Assembly: GCA_017448975.1 (NCBI GenBank)
Contig: JAFSKN010000028.1
Location: forward strand, 2,035-66,034
DNA length: 64,000 bases
Direction of reading: 5' to 3'
From: Clostridia bacterium
GTDB lineage: Bacteria; Bacillota; Clostridia; Christensenellales; Aristaeellaceae
Numbering within the stretch: the stretch's first letter is position 1; every line of letters starts with the position of its first letter. Below the pieces are notes generated by a model that was not told where the DNA came from, searched no databases, and was given only the letters and a program-made list of their open reading frames with translations. Position numbers and translations under genes: made by a program. Positions 59,718 to 64,000 of this stretch are shown in pieces.

Positions 59718-59920
59718 GCCTCCTTTTCATCCGTCAGTTCTTCATACTCTTTGCCGCAGCCCGTACAAGTGAAGGGGCCATAGGGCTTTTCTGCGTCATA
59801 GATCGCGCTCTCCAGAGAAGGGCCGCAGTTCTCCAGAAATTCGCCGTTCCCATCCACCACCACGTCCGCCCGGATCAGCTGATGCCCGATAAAGCGGGTA
59901 CATCCGCAGGTACAACGCAT
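59714..59920 (-). CDS. zinc-ribbon hypothetical protein
   Basis: CTCGC..CTGCG pairs; 68 aa. Confidence 0.4.
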   Translation of the reverse strand: MRCTCGCTRFIGHQLIRADVVVDGNGEFLENCGPSLESAIYDAEKPYGPFTCTGCGKEYEELTDEKEA

Positions 59921-59937
59921 ATATCTCCCTCCCGGAA

Positions 59938-60555
59938 TCAGATATAAAAGGTCGTCTGCGGCGTAAGCAGCCAGTAGCCAATATCCGTGGCGTTCATCAC
60001 ATCCCGAACGGCCTGCTCATAATCCACCGCCGCCGCGTTCTCCATATAGGAAGAAATGGAATCCTCCAGACTGCCGATTTCCTGTTCCTTCAGTCGCCGT
60101 TCCGTCAGCACCAGGATACGGGCTTCCGGCATATCCTCCATAGCGACGAAATGAAACGTCAGGACAGGCAGTTCGTCATTTTCGCCGGGATGCGTCAGGC
60201 GGGTAAAGGGCGGGAAAACGGAAATCTGATCGTATTCCTCCGTGTCTGTGCCGTGAAAACGAATATGCTGACGATCCTCGTCATCCGGGCATTCATACTG
60301 CAATTCCAACAGATAGCCCGTATGCTGTCCAGCGTACTCGGAAAGAGCTTCCCGGATGGTGTCATAGGCATGAAAGCTCTCATTTCCAAAGCTCATGATA
60401 TAGGACTGGTTCTCGCCAGTATTGGAATCAAATTCTTCAAATCCGAGTTCATTGATCATGTCCTGCAGGGCTTCCTTTTCAGGAACGGAAAGCCCTTTTC
60501 CGAAAGAATCCCAGCCGAACAGTTCATAGTTCGTGCGTTTGCCCATTCTTTTCAC
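59938..60555 (-). CDS. hypothetical protein
   Basis: 205-aa ORF. Confidence 0.45.
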   Translation of the reverse strand: MKRMGKRTNYELFGWDSFGKGLSVPEKEALQDMINELGFEEFDSNTGENQSYIMSFGNESFHAYDTIREALSEYAGQHTGYLLELQYECPDDEDRQHIRFHGTDTEEYDQISVFPPFTRLTHPGENDELPVLTFHFVAMEDMPEARILVLTERRLKEQEIGSLEDSISSYMENAAAVDYEQAVRDVMNATDIGYWLLTPQTTFYI

Positions 60556-60776
60556 CTCGATTCAATCATCAGCAGCGGAATGATTTTTCCATCCGCTTCA
60601 TGCTGTTCAACGTTCAGTCCATGAACAGGAGCGTTGAGATAGGCGTCGTACCCCTTCCGTTCCAGCATGAAATGCGGATACGGAATGAACAGGGTGCTGT
60701 TGTCCTGACGGACGAGGATGATTTGCAGATCGCTGTCAGGAGCAAACAGCGAAAGCAACTGCTTTACGGTCAGCAC
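60552..60776 (-). CDS. hypothetical protein
   Basis: 74-aa ORF with a 4-nt overlap to its neighbour. Confidence 0.4.
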   Translation of the reverse strand: MLTVKQLLSLFAPDSDLQIILVRQDNSTLFIPYPHFMLERKGYDAYLNAPVHGLNVEQHEADGKIIPLLMIESR

Positions 60777-61069
60777 GGCCGCGCCTCCTCATCTTCAGTT
60801 TTCCTGGGCGGAATATACCGGCCATTCAAAAGCACGCCGCGCTCCCGGGCGGTCATGCAGAAGGGATCATGATTCTCGTCAATGAACTGAAAAATACCCT
60901 CTGGCGTCAGACCGGCTTCGTGCATTTCTTCAATGGAATCATAGCAGTTGTTATAGTCAGCGCCGTAGTCGTCGTAGATGCGGTAGCCAAGCGTAGGCTC
61001 TCCATTCGGGCTCCCATCGCTGTCCAGATCCTGAAAGCGGGTAAACTGAACAGAAACGATATTACTCAT
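60770..61069 (-). CDS. hypothetical protein
   Basis: Start placed at MSNIVSVQF. The upstream part of the track ORF is out of context. Confidence 0.4.
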   Translation of the reverse strand: MSNIVSVQFTRFQDLDSDGSPNGEPTLGYRIYDDYGADYNNCYDSIEEMHEAGLTPEGIFQFIDENHDPFCMTARERGVLLNGRYIPPRKTEDEEARPC

Positions 61070-62030
61070 GGCAAAGCTCCTCTTCCTCCGGCAGAAATAC
61101 GATTTCCGCCCTGACAATGGCCCTGGCGTCGTTGGTATAATAGAAGCAGTCGTAGCTGCCGTCACCGTATCCGCTGGAGGAAACCACGCCGAAGGGCAGC
61201 ACCCCGGCGCCGATGGGCGAAAGCGTAATATCACAGCAATAGTGATACCATGGCTCGGAGGGATCATCCGCAGGGGCGGGCTTCGCGTCGGGAATAACGG
61301 AGGAATCCTGATAATGCGCTGCATCAAAGAACCCGGCCTGGCCGCTGTCTACGCCAACCTCAAAGGGCGCTTTCTGCCGGGTCAGGTCCTGGGTGTTTTC
61401 GCAGGATTCGTGAACGATGGTCAGCTTGGCGACGCGCTGCCCCCAATCTCCGCAATCATGCTTGACGATGGAAGCATACCAGGAGCCATTCTCGACATTG
61501 GTAAGCTCTCCGCGGCACCAAACGTCAGGATCATAGCAGGGGTCGGAAACGGTGAGCTTCCCGGAGGTAACCTCAAAGGAGCCAAGCTCCAGCGTTTCGC
61601 GGACGATCCGGGCCAGCTGCGCCTGATGGGTAATGGCGGCGGACTGGTTCAGTACATCGCAGAGTTCTTTGGCGTAAGACATAAAATCCTCCGCCATGAT
61701 TTCGCAGGCATCCTCGGTAAGCAGCTCCGCGTCGTCCAGCAGCAGGATTTCGCCCATCTCCTTTTCCATTTCATCATAGGGAATCCACAGGATGCCTTCC
61801 CGCACCGGCATGATAAAGCCGCCCGCCGATTCCCCTTCACTGATGGGAAAACGCCAGATCAGTTCGTTCCCGTACTTCTCATGCTGTTTTTCACGCAGAT
61901 CGGCCAGAGCGAAATCTGTCCCGCCGCCGTCCCAGATCATTTCGATCAGTTCGTCCTTAGTGGGCAGTTCCGCCGGGTTGAGCGAAAAGTTCATATACTT
62001 CCAGGTTTTCTCCATTTTCATCCTCCTCAC
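61062..62030 (-). CDS. DUF4241-like protein
   Basis: SGKLTVSDPCYDP and SSSGYGDGSYDCFY motifs recalled from DUF4241. Confidence 0.4.
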   Translation of the reverse strand: MRRMKMEKTWKYMNFSLNPAELPTKDELIEMIWDGGGTDFALADLREKQHEKYGNELIWRFPISEGESAGGFIMPVREGILWIPYDEMEKEMGEILLLDDAELLTEDACEIMAEDFMSYAKELCDVLNQSAAITHQAQLARIVRETLELGSFEVTSGKLTVSDPCYDPDVWCRGELTNVENGSWYASIVKHDCGDWGQRVAKLTIVHESCENTQDLTRQKAPFEVGVDSGQAGFFDAAHYQDSSVIPDAKPAPADDPSEPWYHYCCDITLSPIGAGVLPFGVVSSSGYGDGSYDCFYYTNDARAIVRAEIVFLPEEEELCHE

Positions 62031-62172
62031 GCCGCCTGTTCATTGGTTTCCGCAAGATATTCCATGTATTCTTCCTCCGTGGAAAAGAGTATACGCCTGC
62101 CATCCGGCAGAAAACCGATATAGCCTTGACTGGTCAGATAGCCATGGGGACGGAACATACCATCATCCTCCA

Positions 62173-62694
62173 TCAGCAAGTGCATTGGGTTGACCATTGA
62201 TCGTTCTGAAGCATTTTGGCGGCGGTTTTGCAGGCAGTATCCAGCAGGTCAATATACCGCACCTCTTTCGCGGTAATCACCGTCGCTCCGCCACCCACAT
62301 AACGCAGCTTTTCATGTCCCGACTCAAAAATCAGGATCGCGTCATCATCTGCCACATGCTGCTGGAGCCCGGTAACGAAAGCGTCGTAATCATTTTCAAC
62401 ATCTTCGCTTTCTTCTTCGTCTTCATCTTCTTCATCTGTGGTGGAAACAGAAACAGTGTCCGTGTCTTCCGTTTTTGTTTCATCTTCATCCGTGACAGGA
62501 ACTGGAATCCCGGCAATGCAGCCATAAAGACCGAAACCGAAGAGGGTATTGCCCTGATCGTCCTTTTCATCGTCCCACAGGTCAATGCCATCTTCATCCC
62601 CCGCCACTTTCCCCATAAATTCCCGGAAAGCAGCTTCATCCTTCACGTGGAAATAGTTCGTGCGGGTATTGCCATAATAGTTTGACATGCTCAT
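62173..62694 (-). CDS. hypothetical highly acidic protein
   Basis: 173 aa with a long Asp/Glu tract (DEDETKTEDTD..DEEDEDEEESED). Confidence 0.45.
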   Translation of the reverse strand: MSMSNYYGNTRTNYFHVKDEAAFREFMGKVAGDEDGIDLWDDEKDDQGNTLFGFGLYGCIAGIPVPVTDEDETKTEDTDTVSVSTTDEEDEDEEESEDVENDYDAFVTGLQQHVADDDAILIFESGHEKLRYVGGGATVITAKEVRYIDLLDTACKTAAKMLQNDQWSTQCTC

Positions 62695-62918
62695 TCCTCC
62701 TCGTCGTCTGATCTCAGCGGCGCGTCGGGATTGTAGACCTGATTAACTTCCGGCTCATAGCAGGAAAGATCAAAGGAACCGTCCACATAGTCCGAATCAG
62801 TCGGAAGCGGGATGTGATCGGATGTTTCCTGAAAAATGTCCATCGCGTCGTCGATGGAGGCGGCATCCACTTCCACAAAGCCGCAAACTTCCCAGCAAAC
62901 GGGCAATTTGATTTTCAC
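62691..62918 (-). CDS. hypothetical small acidic protein
   Basis: 75 aa with a GTG start. Confidence 0.4.
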   Translation of the reverse strand: MKIKLPVCWEVCGFVEVDAASIDDAMDIFQETSDHIPLPTDSDYVDGSFDLSCYEPEVNQVYNPDAPLRSDDEEE

Positions 62919-62938
62919 TGTACGTCCATACCTCCCAT

Positions 62939-63157
62939 CTATTCCGTCAATTCACCGGTTTCTTTCAGGTTGTTTACCGCTTCCTCGATTGCTGCCCATC
63001 CAGCTTCGGTCATGCCGTCGGTAAAATGATGATCGTTCTCACAGGCACACCGAACTGCCTGAATGTTGTCGTCGTTCGCCGGAATACCCATTTCTTCCAG
63101 CTTCACAGCGATATCACCATTACACCATCTGACGACACCAAACCAGTCTTCTTCCAT
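62939..63157 (-). CDS. hypothetical small acidic protein; the only gene in the window that ends in TAG
   Basis: 72 aa with stop TAG at 62939-62941. Read-through would add 8 residues before a TGA. Confidence 0.4.
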   Translation of the reverse strand: MEEDWFGVVRWCNGDIAVKLEEMGIPANDDNIQAVRCACENDHHFTDGMTEAGWAAIEEAVNNLKETGELTE

Positions 63158-63158
63158 T

Positions 63159-63464
63159 TCATTCTCCTTCAGAACATTGATTTAATATATCCCCAATGGC
63201 TTCATCCAGTGCCGCTGTCCAAGCCATATCGTATTTGTCGATGTTGCGGCGCATCTCATAGGCGATATCATCAAACAACGTCTCGATTTCGGCCATTGTT
63301 TTTCCATAGGAAGCGATCAGATCCGACTCCTCCATAAACGCAAAAAGATCCTGCACGTCGGTTCTGTCATACTCATGCTGTTGTTCCTCATAGGCGTTCA
63401 GGCGCTCATCATCTGTAAGCTCGAACTCATGAATTGCACCATTCACTTCACGCGTAATAACCAT
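63159..63464 (-). CDS. hypothetical small acidic protein
   Basis: 101-aa ORF. Confidence 0.4.
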   Translation of the reverse strand: MVITREVNGAIHEFELTDDERLNAYEEQQHEYDRTDVQDLFAFMEESDLIASYGKTMAEIETLFDDIAYEMRRNIDKYDMAWTAALDEAIGDILNQCSEGE

Positions 63465-63490
63465 AGCCTCACCTCCCTGTGCGAAAAGTG

Positions 63491-63874
63491 TTATTCCTCC
63501 AGTTGCGCGTTCGTGGGATGCCAGTCTTCATCCCAGGAAACGTCATCCACCTTCATGGTTTCGTCGGCAATCCGCATCGCTTCATCCGCAGAGACCGCCT
63601 TGATCTCCGCATATCCGCCGCGGCTGAAGAACACACCGTAGTTCCGGAGTACGGTAAAGGTGCCATCGCCGTTTTCCTGGAGCTCATACTTTTTCTCCCC
63701 AACCAGCACATACTGATCCGTCAGGATGTCCAGCGATTCCAGGATGCTTTCCGGCAGGTTGGCCTGCTCAATATCGCTGACGATGCCGGTTTCTTCGTCA
63801 AAGAGCGCAACGGTCGGAATTGCCATACCATTGTCCCAAACGGAAACAAAGGTCGCCTGAATCTGTTTGCTCAC
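63491..63874 (-). CDS. hypothetical protein
   Basis: 127 aa with a GTG start after GGAGGAGG. Confidence 0.45.
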   Translation of the reverse strand: MSKQIQATFVSVWDNGMAIPTVALFDEETGIVSDIEQANLPESILESLDILTDQYVLVGEKKYELQENGDGTFTVLRNYGVFFSRGGYAEIKAVSADEAMRIADETMKVDDVSWDEDWHPTNAQLEE

Positions 63875-64000
63875 TGTTTTTCCTCCTCCATCAAATAGGC
63901 ATAAACATAGAAATCATAGTTGCCGGGGGTGGGCGTACAGCGGATGCAGAAGAGATACGTGGAATTGGTTACGGTGTAGCCCACAGTTCCGCTGTCTCCT
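63871..64000 (-). CDS. hypothetical protein, 3' end only (continues beyond window)
   Basis: Open minus-strand frame ending ..YAYLMEEEKQ with a TGA that overlaps the next GTG start. Confidence 0.3.
   Translation of the reverse strand, partial: GDSGTVGYTVTNSTYLFCIRCTPTPGNYDFYVYAYLMEEEKQ

Larger units (their letters stand above)
31973..64000. mobile_element. integrated mobile element(s) at the 3' end of tRNA-Pro (temperate phage / phage-plasmid-like); right boundary not in window
   Basis: A tyrosine integrase abuts the tRNA. Replication, recombination, nucleotide-metabolism, ArdC-like and second-recombinase genes are almost all on the minus strand. No virion genes were recognised in the window. 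Confidence 0.75.

Noticed and set aside
62939-62941. The terminal TAG of the 72-aa gene as evidence that the 50-64 kb block is also recoded.
   Set aside because: It is a single case. Read-through adds only 8 residues before a TGA, and all other genes in the block are intact under the standard code. The evidence is ambiguous, so it is listed only as an observation.
32009-64000. A second copy of the tRNA-Pro 3' end (attR) within the window.
   Set aside because: A visual scan of the intergenic regions (46.6-46.9 kb, 47.9-48.1 kb, 50.1-50.2 kb and others) found no match. A computational repeat search on the whole contig is required.

Overview
High-GC Firmicutes (Clostridia-like) chromosome. Bases 1-31.7 kb are ordinary host DNA: secG, an ABC-F ATPase, VanW, prs, rqcH, dxs, tlyA, fba, mnmA, an L,D-transpeptidase, a BclA-like collagen protein with a glycosyltransferase, and a HAD-Tmk fusion. 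This region ends in a tRNA-Pro(GGG) gene. An integrated mobile element of at least 32 kb starts immediately 3' of that tRNA; its right end is not in the window. It contains a tyrosine integrase, a replication and nucleotide-metabolism module, a lower-GC cargo islet, a second tyrosine recombinase, and a block of ArdC-like, large and small uncharacterised genes. Main result: the supplied ORF track is fragmented between 33.2 and 46.6 kb because 14 consecutive minus-strand genes carry 29 in-frame TAG codons. These genes are xis-like, ruvC-like, NUDIX, nrdG, an FTR-like Cys protein, nrdD, thyX, remA-like, dnaE, a Cas4-like nuclease, a gp4-like primase-helicase, a sigma factor, ssb and a Sak4-like ATPase. 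None has an in-frame TAA, TGA or frameshift. The same module encodes an 85-nt tRNA with anticodon CUA on a tRNA-Leu scaffold (38824-38908, minus strand). The TAG codons fall where the protein families conserve Leu or another hydrophobic residue. I read this as amber-codon reassignment, most likely TAG to Leu, confined to one module of an integrated element. The integrase, the 50-64 kb genes and all 28 host genes are TAG-free internally, and no host gene in the window ends in TAG. Other observations are two families of intergenic palindromic repeats in the host part and several structured spacers. No CRISPR array or rRNA was seen.
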